From the NCBI GenBank assembly GCA_963771175.1, contig CAVYSY010000024.1, positions 128,001 to 192,000 of the forward strand: a DNA stretch of 64,000 bases. The letters run 5' to 3'. Position numbers and translations under genes: made by a program. The notes below the pieces were generated by a model. That model was not told the origin of the DNA, made no database searches, and was given only the letters and a program-made list of their open reading frames with translations. Positions 1 through 27,708 of the stretch are shown here, piece by piece; the stretch's first letter is position 1, and each line of letters opens with the position of its first letter. The DNA comes from an uncultured delta proteobacterium. GTDB taxonomy: Bacteria; Myxococcota; Myxococcia; Myxococcales; Myxococcaceae.

Positions 1-17468
<17,468 letters not shown>

Positions 17469-17798
17469 GGTGATGCCTTCCTGTGTCCGTCAAAGGTCCA
17501 CTGCGCACTTGGCGAGTGTCAACCAGCCCAACTGTCAATGAATTACGACCCTCACGGGTTTCACTGGATTCACACGCGCGGTGCGTTGATTCCTCTCACG
17601 GATGCTCATCCCCCCACCTTGCGGCCGAACACTCACGGACAGAGACATGCACCGTCCGGAATTGGCCCGCTTCAAAATCGCATGTCTCTGTATTCCTGGG
17701 TAGCGGGTAAAGACAGACCCCCATCCTTTACGGGAGATCCGGGAATACTGACGCACCCGGACATCCCGCCCACACTCCCAGCCAATTCCTGGCAACAC
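17469..17798 (-). promoter_or_regulatory. Lower-GC upstream/promoter region of the PKS cluster
   Basis: Visibly AT-richer than the flanks; minus-strand TTGACA hexamers at 17517-17522 and 17533-17538; CAGGAAGG RBS-like sequence before the PKS ATG; no convincing -10 element found. Confidence 0.45.
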
Positions 17799-18971
17799 TC
17801 AGTTAACTAGTTTTTCAATTTCTTCCGGGCTAAAGCCTGCCTCGGCGAGAATTTTGTGATTGTGCTGTCCAAGCGAGGGCGGCGGACGCAAAGGCGTTTC
17901 ACCCAGACGCAGGGGCGTGAGCAGGTGGGTCACCTTTCGCCCACGTTGGGTGTCTTCCGACTCCACGAAGAGGCCGCGCGCGCGGAGTTGTGGATCCTCC
18001 AATACCTCGTCACCTTCGAGCACCGGCTCCACGCACAGGTCCTTCCCCGCGAAGCGCTCCTTCCAATGCGCCAGCGGGTGCTCGGCGAAGAGGCGAGCGA
18101 ACTCCGCCTTCACCCGCGCGCCGGCCTCGCCCAGGTCGTACGCGTCCGCGAGCAGGTCTGGCCGTCCCAGCACCTCGCACACACCGGCGAGGAACTTGGG
18201 CTCCAGCGCGCCCACCGACAGGTAGCGGTCGTCCTGGGTGCGGTACAGGCCGTAGCAGGCGTAGCCACCGTTGAGCGCCTCGCGGCCGCGCCGCAGCGGC
18301 GGGCCCTGCTCGCCCATCACCAGCCGCGCCGCCAGGTGCATGTGGAGGAAGGCCATGGCGCCGTCCGTCATGGACACGTCCACGAAGCGGCCCTGCCCGG
18401 TGCGCTCGCGCTCGTGGAGCGCCGCGAGGATGCCCACCAGCGCGAAGAGGCTGCCGCCGCCGATGTCCCCGAGCTGCACGCCCGGGAAGGCCGGGGCGCC
18501 GCCCGCCTCGCCCCCGTAGGCCAGCACGCCCGCGCGCGCCGCGTAGTTGAGGTCGTGCCCGGCCTTGAGGCGGTCCGGCCCCGTCTGCCCGTAGCCGGAG
18601 ATGGCGCAGTAGATGAGCCGCGGGTTCTGCTCGTGCAGCACGGACCAGCCCACGCCCAGCTTGTCCATGACGCCGGGGCGGAAGCTCTCCACCAGCACGT
18701 CGTAGCCGCGCGCCAGCCGCTTGAGGGCCTCGCGTCCCTCGGGGGACTTGAGGTCCAACACCAGCGAGCGCTTGTTGCGGTTGAGCCCGTAGTAGAGCGC
18801 GCTCTCGTCGTCGCGAATCGGCGGCATCTGGCGGATGTAGTCGCCGCCGTGGGGGTCCTCGAGCTTGTCCACCGTGGCACCGAGATCGGCGAGCACCAGC
18901 GTGGCGTAGGGGCCTGGCAGCAGGCGCGACAAATCCAGGACCTTCAGTCCGGAGAGGGGGAGCGTGTTCAT
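17799..18971 (-). CDS. CaiB/BaiF family III CoA-transferase (alpha-methylacyl-CoA racemase-like)
   Basis: MNTLPLSGLKVLDLSRLLPGPYAT, LNRNKRSLVLDLKSPEG, DVLVESFRPGVMDKLG, GHDLNY. Confidence 0.92.
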   Translation of the reverse strand: MNTLPLSGLKVLDLSRLLPGPYATLVLADLGATVDKLEDPHGGDYIRQMPPIRDDESALYYGLNRNKRSLVLDLKSPEGREALKRLARGYDVLVESFRPGVMDKLGVGWSVLHEQNPRLIYCAISGYGQTGPDRLKAGHDLNYAARAGVLAYGGEAGGAPAFPGVQLGDIGGGSLFALVGILAALHERERTGQGRFVDVSMTDGAMAFLHMHLAARLVMGEQGPPLRRGREALNGGYACYGLYRTQDDRYLSVGALEPKFLAGVCEVLGRPDLLADAYDLGEAGARVKAEFARLFAEHPLAHWKERFAGKDLCVEPVLEGDEVLEDPQLRARGLFVESEDTQRGRKVTHLLTPLRLGETPLRPPPSLGQHNHKILAEAGFSPEEIEKLVN

Positions 18972-19078
18972 GGCGGAGGGGGGGAGTCTCAGGGGGGAGG
19001 TAAAAGAAGCGGCGCGGCCCCGGAGAGGAGCACGCGCCGCCCGAGGAGCACGCGCCCGAGGGCGCGTCTCCGGTGAGT

Positions 19079-19409
19079 CTAGCCCAGCAGCTTCGCCAGC
19101 TTCATGGCGAGGCCCATGTCCATCGGCTTGAACTTCAGCTTGCCCTGCATGGCGGCCATCTGCGCGTTGAGCTGCTTGGCGCGGATCTTCACGAAGTCTG
19201 TCGTCGCTGACGGTGATGGTCATCTTCGGGGTGCCCTCGGCGCCCTTGGAGACCCAGTTCTCCGTCTTGGTGCAGTCCAGCGTCCAGGTGCCGCCGTTGT
19301 CGCCGGTGATGTTGAAGTGGATGACCGAGTTGATGTCCTTGGCCAGCTCCGGCTTCTGCTGCAGCGTCGCCGGGATGTCCTTCTCGAGGATCTCCTGGGA
19401 ATTCGCCAT
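19079..19409 (-). CDS. SCP2 sterol/lipid-carrier domain protein (frameshift near 19200)
   Basis: INSVIHFNITGDNGGTWTLD...TITVSD, continuing in the next frame as DFVKIRAKQLNAQMAAMQGKLKFKPMDMGLAMKLAKLLG*. Confidence 0.85.
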
Positions 19410-19499
19410 GGCACTCTCCGTTTGATGGATTGACTGGTGAATCAACAGTCGGATGGGACCGTAGTGACGAGGGCTGGGCAGGTCAAGCGCGCGGAAGCA

Positions 19500-19948
19500 T
19501 CACCGCCCGGTAGTGGCCGCCCCCTGGCTCAACGCGCGCCGGACCATGTCCAGCAGATCGTTCAGCTCGAAGGGCTTGGCCAGGTGCCCCACCGCGCCGA
19601 TGTCCGTGGCCTTGCTGCCCACGTTGCGGTCCGCGCTCAGCACGATGAGCGGGATGCCCGCCACCGAGGGCCGCTGCCGCATCCGCTGGGCGAACTCCCA
19701 GCCGTCCATCACCGGCATCATCAGATCCAACAGGATGAGCTGGGGGGATCCGGCTCGAGGCGATCCAACGCCTCCTTCCCGTTGCGTGCGCGTCGGATCT
19801 CGAAGCCCTCGGCCTCGAGAATCTCGGAGAGGGCCTCGAGGATGTCGGGGTCGTCATCGACCACCAGCACCACGTGTGAACCCGAATCCTTGAAATTGGA
19901 TGAAGACAGATCTTTCTCCTGGGGTTGCGCACCCCCATTTTCACCCAA
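19500..19948 (-). CDS. Single-domain CheY-like response regulator (frameshift at the G-run near 19745; start uncertain)
   Basis: VLVVDDDPDI...NGKEAL, then LILLDLMMPVMDGWEF...LIVLSA...LAKPF. Confidence 0.88.
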
Positions 19949-19994
19949 GGGAGGGCAGATGTGCGGAAGAAATCAACCAGCTCGTGGGGCAGCG

Positions 19995-20010
19995 CGGCAG
20001 GCTCGTTGCA
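19995..20010 (+). promoter_or_regulatory. Candidate sigma54 (-24/-12) promoter
   Basis: CGGCAGGCTCGTTGCA has the GG-N10-GC spacing and TTGC, about 35 bp upstream of the ATG at 20046. Confidence 0.45.
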
Positions 20011-20045
20011 AAATCGACAGCGCCTCCCCACCGTTCTCCTAACCC

Positions 20046-21068
20046 ATGGACGAGGAGACAGCAGGCGTGAGGGACGAGGGTCTGCGAGGACTGGGGGCGA
20101 GCTGGGAGGCACCCGGACTGGCCATGCTCTCGCGCCGGGGCCACCTGAGCGAGCTGGATGGTCGGTTGCATGCCCACCTGGGGGTGGAGCAACTGCCGGA
20201 GCGCGTGGGCTCGGTGGAGGAGCTGCTGCTGGCGGCGGGCTTCCAGCGGAGGCCGGGTGCGGACGTGTGGGAGCGCGAGGGACGGCTGCTCCGGGCCGGC
20301 GAGAGCCCCCTGGAGGACGGCGCGCGGCTGCTGTGGACCGTCCCCCTCGAGGGGGACGAGGAGAGCGCCCGCCGCCGGGTCCGCTATCTGGGGATGGCGT
20401 CTCATGACTTGCGAGGCTCCCTGGCCAACGTGCGCTCCTACGCGGCCCTGCTGCTCAATGGCCGCATCCCGCTCGAACCGAAGGTGAAGCGGGGATTGGA
20501 GACCATCCTTCGGAACACGGACAAGGCCCTCGCCTTTGCCCAGGACTTCTTCGATTCGAGCCGGGCCGACCTCGGCCTGCTGGCCTGCGAAAAGGAGCGG
20601 CAGCCGCTCGAGCCCCTGCTGGCCAACGCGGTGGAGCACCTGCTCGAGGCGGCGGGCACGGCGAGCGTGGCGCTGAGCCTGGAGCTCCCGAGCGGACCCC
20701 TGCCCGAGGTGGACGTGGATGGAGGCCGCGTGCAGCACGCCGTGGAGGCCTTCATCCGCCACCACCTGCTGTACGCCCAGCCGGGGGAGCAGCTCCGGGT
20801 GCGGGCCCGAGCGGACGACGGTGGGGTCCGGGTGGAGGTGCGGCGCGACGGCGTGCCCCCGTCCGAGGGGGATACCGCGCTCACCTTCGCGCGCGAGGAG
20901 CGTGCCTTCCGGGAAAAGAAGCTGGAGGATCCGCTGCGCCTGTACCTCGCCCTGCAGGAGGTGGAGGCCCTCGGCGGAACCGTCGGGGTCACAACGGACG
21001 CGGGCGGAATGACCCTCTACCTTACAGTGCCCATCGCGCTCGCTACCTCGGCGGGCATGCAGCATTGA
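20046..21068 (+). CDS. Histidine kinase-like protein (HisKA with H-box plus degenerate HATPase domain)
   Basis: MASHDLRGSLANVRSYA H-box; the C-terminal HATPase-like region lacks recognisable N, G1 and G2 boxes. Confidence 0.8.
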   Translation: MDEETAGVRDEGLRGLGASWEAPGLAMLSRRGHLSELDGRLHAHLGVEQLPERVGSVEELLLAAGFQRRPGADVWEREGRLLRAGESPLEDGARLLWTVPLEGDEESARRRVRYLGMASHDLRGSLANVRSYAALLLNGRIPLEPKVKRGLETILRNTDKALAFAQDFFDSSRADLGLLACEKERQPLEPLLANAVEHLLEAAGTASVALSLELPSGPLPEVDVDGGRVQHAVEAFIRHHLLYAQPGEQLRVRARADDGGVRVEVRRDGVPPSEGDTALTFAREERAFREKKLEDPLRLYLALQEVEALGGTVGVTTDAGGMTLYLTVPIALATSAGMQH

Positions 21069-21142
21069 CCCTCCCTGTCGTCGTGCTGGCGACCCGAGCC
21101 CTCCGGGGCTATTCTGCGCACGCCTTTGCAAAGGAGTGCGCG

Positions 21143-21373
21143 ATGGGTCTGAAGATGTCCGAGATTCTGCTGATCATGGGGGTGCTGCTCCTCCTGTTTG
21201 GAAGCACGCGCCTGCCGCAGCTCGGCTCCGCGCTGGGCAGCGCCATCCGCAACTTCAAGCGCGGCTTCGGCGGTGAGGAGACTCCCGCCACCGACAAGAA
21301 GCAGCCGGAGACGCTGGCCAGCAGCACCACGGTGGAGAAGGACGTCAACGCCCGCAGCAGCCATCACAGCTGA
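21143..21373 (+). CDS. tatA: Twin-arginine translocase TatA/E
   Basis: MGLKMSEILLIMGVLLLLFGSTRLPQLGSALGSAIRNFKRGF; AAGGAG RBS. Confidence 0.93.
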   Translation: MGLKMSEILLIMGVLLLLFGSTRLPQLGSALGSAIRNFKRGFGGEETPATDKKQPETLASSTTVEKDVNARSSHHS

Positions 21374-21480
21374 AGCGCCCCGCTGGCGGTCCCTGCGCAC
21401 CACGCCCGATCGGCCTTCCCCCAGGGGAGAGGCGGACCGGGCGTTGTCGCGTTTGAAGCAGCCGGCCGGCCGAGGGCTCC

Positions 21481-23335
21481 TCAGTCCGAGCGGCCTCCCT
21501 CATAGAGGCCGTCCAGCACCTGCTTGTACTTCTGGCTGACGAGCTTGCGCTTCACCTTGAGGCTCGGTGTCAGCTCGCCGGACTCCTGGCTGAAGTCCGA
21601 GTTCATCACCGCGAAGCGCTTGAGGGTGCTGTAGGAGGGCAGCTCCGCGTTCACCTTGTCGATGACCTCCTGCACCGCGGCCCGGATCTCCGGCCGCCGG
21701 CAGAGCTCGGCGTAGGTGCCGGGCGTCACGCCCTTCTCCGTCAGCAGCTTGCGGGCCGACTCCTCGGCCACGGTGATGAGCGCCACCAGGTACTGGCGCT
21801 GGTCGCCGTGGACCACGGCCTGGCTGATGAGCGGGAACGTCTTCAGCGCGCCCTCGATGTTCTGCGGCGCGACGTTCTTGCCGCCGGCGGTGACGATGAT
21901 GTCCTTCTTGCGGTCGGTGATGCGGACGTAGCCGTCCACGTCCATCTCGCCGATGTCACCGCTGTGGTACCAGCCATCCGCCTCGAGCTCCGCCGCCGTG
22001 GCCGCCTCGTTCTTGTAGTAGCCCTTCATCACCCCCGGGCCGCGGATGAGGACCTCCCCGTCGGGGGCGATCTTCACCTCGGAGCCCGGCAGCGGCGGGC
22101 CCACGGTGCCGATCTTGATCTTCTCCGGCAGGTTGACGCAGGTGGCGGCCGACGTCTCGGTGAGGCCGTAGCCCTCCAGCACCTTGTAGCCGAGCAGGTC
22201 GAAGAACCAGGCGATCTTCCGGGACAGGGGCGCGCCGCCGGAGACGAACAGGCGCATGTTGCCGCCCAGCTTCTCGTCGAGCGCCGCGCGCACCTTGCTG
22301 AACACCAGCTTGCGCGCCAGGGAGAGGCCCAGCATGGGGGGCTCGCGGCCCTGGTTCTTCGCCTCCACGTACTCGTCGAAGAGCGAGAAGGCCCAGCGGA
22401 ACAGCCGGCCCTTCACCCCGGGCGCGGTGGAGCCGTTGGCCACCACCCCGTTGTAGACCTTCTCGAAGACGCGCGGCACCGCCGGGAGGATGGTGGGGTG
22501 CGTCTCCATGAGGTTGCCCATCAGCTTGTCCACCGACTCGGCGAACACCATCCGGAAGCCCATGGAGAGCCACGCGGCCTTCACCACCTGCCCGAAAGAG
22601 TGCGCCAGGGGCAGGAACATCATCACCGAGTCGCTGGGCGTCATCACCCCGATGTTCTTCACCCCGTTGGCCTCGTAGGCCCAGTTGCCGTGGGTGAGGA
22701 GCACGCCCTTGGGGTCCCCCGTGGTGCCGGAGGTGTAGATGATGCAGCAGGTGTCATCCGCCTTCACGGCCCCCACCCGCTCCTCGAAGTCACCGGGACG
22801 GGCCTCGTGGGCCTCGCGCCCCCGGGCCAGCAGGTCCGCGAGCGTCAGCTCCGCGTCGCCGCTGGCCGTGCCCTCGAAGAGCACCACCCCGCGCACGCTG
22901 GGGCACTCGGCGAGCTTCTGCCGCAGGCGGGTGATGCGCCCCGTCTGCTTCGCCGTCTTCTCGTCATGGTCCACGAAGACGAGCGACGCCTCGGAGTGGT
23001 CGAGGATGTAACGGACCTCGTCCGGAGTGTTGGAGGCGTAGATGGGGACGGTGATGGCCTGCGCCGCGGAGATGGCCAGGTCGCACACCACCCACTGGAG
23101 ACTGGTATCAGCGAAGATGGCCACCCGCTCTCCGGGCTTCACGCCCTGGGCGACGAGGCCGGCGGACAGCGCCTTCACGTCCTCGAGGATGCGCGCCCCA
23201 GGTGACGTCCTCCCAGCGACCGCCTGTCTTCCAGCTCGCCGCGACCTTCGTGGGAGATTGCGCCCGTTGAAGCAACAACTCGACGAGATTGCGCGCCTGG
23301 GCGCTGGGAGTGGCGAGCTGGGTTTCCGCCCTCAT
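21481..23335 (-). CDS. Long-chain fatty acid-CoA ligase (AMP-dependent synthetase; frameshift near 23195)
   Basis: IIYTSGTTGDPKGV, EGYGLTET, GWYHSGDIG, DRKKDIIVTAGGKNVAP. Confidence 0.92.
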
Positions 23336-24076
23336 TTGAGCTCCTCCTCGATGGCGGCCTGGACCTTCTTCGCCCACCCCTGGACGCGCTGGCCCTCGGC
23401 CGGGTCATACCCCACGCTCCCCTGGGGCACCTTGAGGATGGCCTCGTGCGCCTTCTTCTCCTCGCCCTCCGCGAGCTGCGTCTCGGCCAGGTACAACGCA
23501 GGCCCTCTGCTGCTCGGGGTGCTTGGCGATGACCTTCTGGAAGAACGAGGCGGACTTCTTCAGGTCCCTCTTGGGCCAGGGTAGCTCATAGTAGTAACGC
23601 CCCTTGGCCAGCAAAGGTCCCCCGCGCTCATACATCGGGTCGATCTTCAGCGCGGCGTCCAGGCGCTCGTTGTATTTGCCCTCCAGCCCCTGGCCGAGCG
23701 CCGTGAGGATGCCCACCGCCTGCGAGTAGGCGCCGACGCCCAGGGCCGCGAAATACTGACCCTCGACGCGCTCCGGCGCGAGCTTCCGGGCCTTGTCCCC
23801 GAGCTCCCACGTCTGCTTGCCCAGGTTCTTCTTCACCTTGGGGTCCGAGGCGTTCCCCTCCGCCTGCCAATTCCGGAGGCGAGCCGCGCGCCACAGCACC
23901 TCGAAGTCCTCGGGCGAGGCCTTCAGCGCCTGGGTCAGGGCCTCGTCGAGCTGCTTCACCGCGGCGGCCTCACCCCGACGGGCGTACAGCGCGTCCCACG
24001 ACGACAGCTCCTCAGGGGTGGCGGCCAGGGCCGGCAACGTCACCAGAACCAGAACAGCAAGCAAAATCGAGCGCAT
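23332..24076 (-). CDS. Secreted TPR-like helical protein (frameshift near 23500)
   Basis: Signal peptide MRSILLAVLVLVTLPALAA; helical repeats PEDFEVLWRAAR and GRYYYELPWP; the stop overlaps the ligase ATG. Confidence 0.7.
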
Positions 24077-24133
24077 AAGCGGGTGTTAGCATGCGCTTTC
24101 GCTCACCAGCAATACGAGCAACCAGACGACAGA

Positions 24134-24172
24134 GGCGGTACCCGTGGTGCGTGAAACACCTCAGGTACCGCC
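24134..24172 (-). terminator. Hairpin downstream of the sigma factor gene
   Basis: GGCGGTACC...GGTACCGCC inverted repeat. Confidence 0.45.
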
Positions 24173-24207
24173 CCGTTTGGTAGCGGACATGGACCCTGTC
24201 CTCGCGG

Positions 24208-24962
24208 TCAGGCCGCGTCCACCGCCGACTCAGGAGAGGGCTGCTCCTCGTCCTGGTTGAAGGCCTCGAGGTAGCGCTGCGAGGAAGTGCTTCGTCTTCA
24301 GCTCCACCTGGCGCACGCGCTCGCGCGACACGCCCCAGCGCTGGCCCAGCTCCTCCAGCGTGCGCGGCTTGTCCTGCGTGAGCCGCTCCTGGAGGATGTC
24401 CCAGCCCAGGTCGCCAATGCGCTTGCGCACCTTGGCGAGCGCCTCCTGGACCTCCGTCGTTCTGCTCGCGCGACCAGGAAGATGTCCTGCGGCGAGGGGC
24501 CGCCGTCCTCGAGCCGGTCGAGGAAGGTGGTCTCGCCGTCCTCGTCGATGGTCGCGTCCAGCGAGAAGTCCGTCATGCTGCCGCGCTCGGCCTCGCCGCC
24601 GCGCACCTGGCTGCGGTTGTCCTTGAGGTAGCGGGTGATGTAGGCGCGGATCCACCACACCGCGTAGGTGGCGAAGCGCACGTTCTTCTTCGGATCGAAG
24701 TGCTCGATGGCCTTCATCAGGCCGACGTTGCCCTCCTGGATGAGGTCGTCCAGGCGGGCGCCGCGGTTGGCGAACTTCTTCGCCACCGCCACCACGAAGG
24801 CCAGGTTGGACTGCGCGAGCATCTGTCGCGCGGACTCGTCGCCCTTGCGGGCGCGCCGGGCCAGCTCGTACTCCTGCTCGCGCGTCAGCTGCGGGTGGCC
24901 CCCGAGGTGACGCAGGTAGTGCGACAGACCCTCTGCCGCGTACTTCTCGTCGTGTTCGCCAT
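24208..24962 (-). CDS. sigD: Sigma-70 family alternative sigma factor (Myxococcus SigD-like; several frameshifts)
   Basis: SNLAFVVAVAKKF, LDDLIQEGNVGLMKAIEHFDP, RFATYAVWWIRAYI, region 4 TLEELGQRWGVSRERVRQVE; GGAGG RBS; the gene symbol is from recalled synteny with tatA in Myxococcus. Confidence 0.8.
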
Positions 24963-25165
24963 GTTTCGCGTCCTCCGTTCCCTGTCGTAGCGGACGCGCT
25001 CGCCCCCAGGTCCGCGTCCACATCCTCTAGGACGCTCAACGGGCGAATGGGTTTCTCATTCCGTTCCAGGGTATTTCGCCCGCTTACCCTGCACAAGCAG
25101 GTCAGGCCACGGCCGGTCGTCACGATGGCGTCACGGCCCCGGGGGCATCGCGCATCCGCGTACGA

Positions 25166-26592
25166 CTAAGAACGCTCGGGCGCGGGAAAGATTTTCCTCG
25201 GATTGAGCAGATCCTGAAGGATCGAAGAAGCCCTTCAGCCGGCGCTGCAGCTCGAGGACGGCTCGGGCTGCTCCAGCGCGAGGTAGTCGCGCTTGGCGTG
25301 GCCCACGCCGTGCTCGCCGGTGATGGTGCCGCCCATCTAGACGGTGAGCTCCAGCATGCGCTGGATGGCCGTCTCCACCAGGGCGCGCTGGTGCGGGCCC
25401 TCGTAGAGGATGTTGGCGTGCAGGTTGCCGTCGCCGGCGTGGCCATACGTGGCCACGGGCAGGCCCAGCTCCTCGCCCATGGCCTTGAGCGCCTCGATGA
25501 TGTCGGGAATGCGCGAGCGGGGTACCACGATGTCCTCGGAAATCTTGTGGGGCCGGAGGGTGCGCAGGGCGCGGGAGACGACGCGGCGGGCGGCCCAGAG
25601 CTTCTCGCGCTGGGACTCGTCCTGGGCCACGAGCACCTCCTTGGCGCCGTGCTGCTCGCAGATCTCCCCGAGCTGGGCGAGCTCCGCGAACAGGCCCTCC
25701 TCCATGTTGCCGTCCACCTCGGCGATGACGGCCGACGCCGGCGCCCGGCGGGAAGTGGAAGCCGCGACCGTCCACCGCGCGCAGGGCCACGTCGTCGATG
25801 AGCTCCAGCGTGCGCGGGAGGATGCCGGCGGCGAGCACGGCGGACACGGCGCGCGCGGCGGTCGAGCACCGAGTCGAAGACGACCAGGGCCGTCTTCACG
25901 TGCCGCGGCAGGGGGATGAGCTGGAGGGTGATCTCCGTGGCCACGCCCAGCGTGCCCTCGGAGCCCACGAAGAGGCCCACCAGGTCGTAGCCGGCCACGC
26001 CCTTGATGGTGCGGCGGCCCACGCGGAGCACCTCGCCGTCGGGCAGCACCCACTCCAGGCCGATGACGTAGTCGCGGGTGACGCCGTACTTGAGCGCGCG
26101 CGGGCCGCCGGCGTTCTCCGCCACGTTGCCGCCCAGCGTGCAGAACTCCCAGGAGTTGGGGTCCGGCGGATAGAAGAGGCCCTGCGCCTCCACGGCCTTC
26201 ATCAGGTCGCCGGTGACGACCCCCGGCTCCACCACGGCGGTGAGGTCCTCCGCCGGAGACGGAGAGGATGCGGTTCATCCGCTCCAGGCTCACCGACACG
26301 CCGCCCATGCAGGGGCAGCGAGCCGCCGCTCTTGCCGCTGCGCGCCCCACAGGGGTGAAGGGCACGCCGAGCGCCTGGCACGTCCGGAAGACGGCGCGAC
26401 ACCTGCTCGGCGCTCTCGGGGAACACCACGAGGTCCGGCGGGTAGACGCCGGTGTCCGACTCGTCCTTGGAGTAGTTCCGCGCAGGGTGGCCTCGTCGCG
26501 GCGCACCTGGCCGGGCGAGAGCACCTCCACCAGCGCCGTGCAGGCGCGCTCCAGGAGCGGCGGGCGTCGACGCGGGGAAACTGCGCGCTCAT
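25166..26592 (-). CDS. FAD-linked oxidase (GlcD / D-lactate dehydrogenase family; multiple frameshifts)
   Basis: YPPDPNSWEFCTLGGNVAENAGGPRALKYGVTRDYV, GSEGTLGVATEI, GHAGDGNLHANI, GTITGEHGVG. Confidence 0.88.
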
Positions 26593-27186
26593 CGCTTCGT
26601 GGCCCCCAGCCGCGCCCACAGCTCGCGGCGCAGGGCCCCGTCGCGGCGCAGCCGGCCCTCGTAGGCCTCCGCGTGGGTGCGGGCGTCGCGCTGGCGGTCT
26701 CCCCGGATGCGCAGGCACGCCTGCTCCGCCTCGATGATGCAGGCGGTGGCGGGGCTGCCCAGCACGCGCGCGAGCGACGCGGCCACCTCGCGCGCCAGGT
26801 CCTCCTGGAGGATGAGCCGGTGCGCGAAGCAGTCCACCAGCGCGGACAGCCGGCCGAAGCCCACCACCCGCTTCGCCGGCACGTAGGCCACGTGCGCCCG
26901 GCCCTCGAAGGGCAGCAGGTGGTGCGGGCACATGGAGTGGAAGCGCAGGTCCGTCACCACCACCATCTCACCGGACGAGCTCGGCGGCGCCGGGAAGGTC
27001 TCGCCCAGCGCCTCCTCGGGCGTCCGGGCGTAGCCGTCGAGGAACTCGCTCCGCCCAGGCCTCGGCCACGCGCTCGGGCGTGTCCGCGAGGTTGGGGTCG
27101 TTCTTCAGCGGCAGGCCCGCCGCGCGCAGGAAGTCCTGGATGGCGGCGGCCATGGCCACGCGATCCGGCTTTCGGGGGTTTCGCAC
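26589..27186 (-). CDS. folE: GTP cyclohydrolase I-like protein (divergent; frameshifts at ~26970-27050)
   Basis: DPNLADTPERVAEAW, FHSMCPHHLLPFEGRAHVAYVP, RLILQE, ACLRIRG. Confidence 0.82.
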
Positions 27187-27233
27187 GGACGGAGCTCCTT
27201 GAGTCCTCTGATGCGTGATGCTTCCTCGATGCT

Positions 27234-27575
27234 TCAGGGGGCGCGCAACCTACCCGAAGCCGCCACCTGAATCTCGTCCCCGATGACACGCACCTCGTAG
27301 ATGCGCACCCGCGCGCCGGGATTCGTCGGACTGTCGCCCGTGCGGACGTCGAAGGCCCAGGCATGCAGGGGACAGTGGAGGAGGCACCCGTCCTGGTCCC
27401 CCTCCGACAGCGGCCCGCCCCGGTGGGGACAGGCCTGCTGGAGGGCATGCAGCCGACCCTCTACCCGGACCAGCGCCACCCGCTCCCCTCCCACCTGCAT
27501 CACCGCCCGCCCCCGCTCGTCGAGGTCCGCGAGGCGCGCCACGGGAATGAAGTGCTCGTCCGCCTGTCCGTTCAT
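27234..27575 (-). CDS. Rieske (2Fe-2S) ferredoxin
   Basis: ACPHRGGPL...HCPLHAWAFDVRTG. Confidence 0.9.
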   Translation of the reverse strand: MNGQADEHFIPVARLADLDERGRAVMQVGGERVALVRVEGRLHALQQACPHRGGPLSEGDQDGCLLHCPLHAWAFDVRTGDSPTNPGARVRIYEVRVIGDEIQVAASGRLRAP

Positions 27576-27651
27576 AGGCTCGTTCCTCAACGCACCGAGG
27601 TGGCCATCCCGTCCCCACATGAATGCGGCGCGAGGCCCATGCGTCGCTCCC

Positions 27652-27692
27652 TTGACACCTCTGGAGGGGACCAGTAGAGCAACACAGTTACC
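27652..27692 (+). promoter_or_regulatory. Sigma70-type promoter overlapped by a Zur-box-like palindrome
   Basis: TTGACA at 27652-27657, 17-nt spacer, TAGAGC at 27675; AGCAACACAGTTACC (27678-27692) resembles the deltaproteobacterial TGCAAC-N3-GTTGCA Zur motif; lies upstream of a zinc-uptake operon. Confidence 0.65.
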
Positions 27693-27708
27693 GTCATCAT
27701 CCTGCCTG

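Noticed and set aside
17799..19445. 548-aa SCP2-CoA-transferase fusion in the ORF track
   Set aside because: Artefact of a frameshift near 19200; SCP2 has its own stop at 19079 and the transferase its own ATG at 18971.
17799..23335. CoA-transferase, SCP2 and acyl-CoA ligase as the PKS starter-supply system
   Set aside because: They look like backbone lipid-metabolism genes interleaved with tatA and two-component genes, and they are separated from the PKS by its own upstream region; no direct evidence of linkage.
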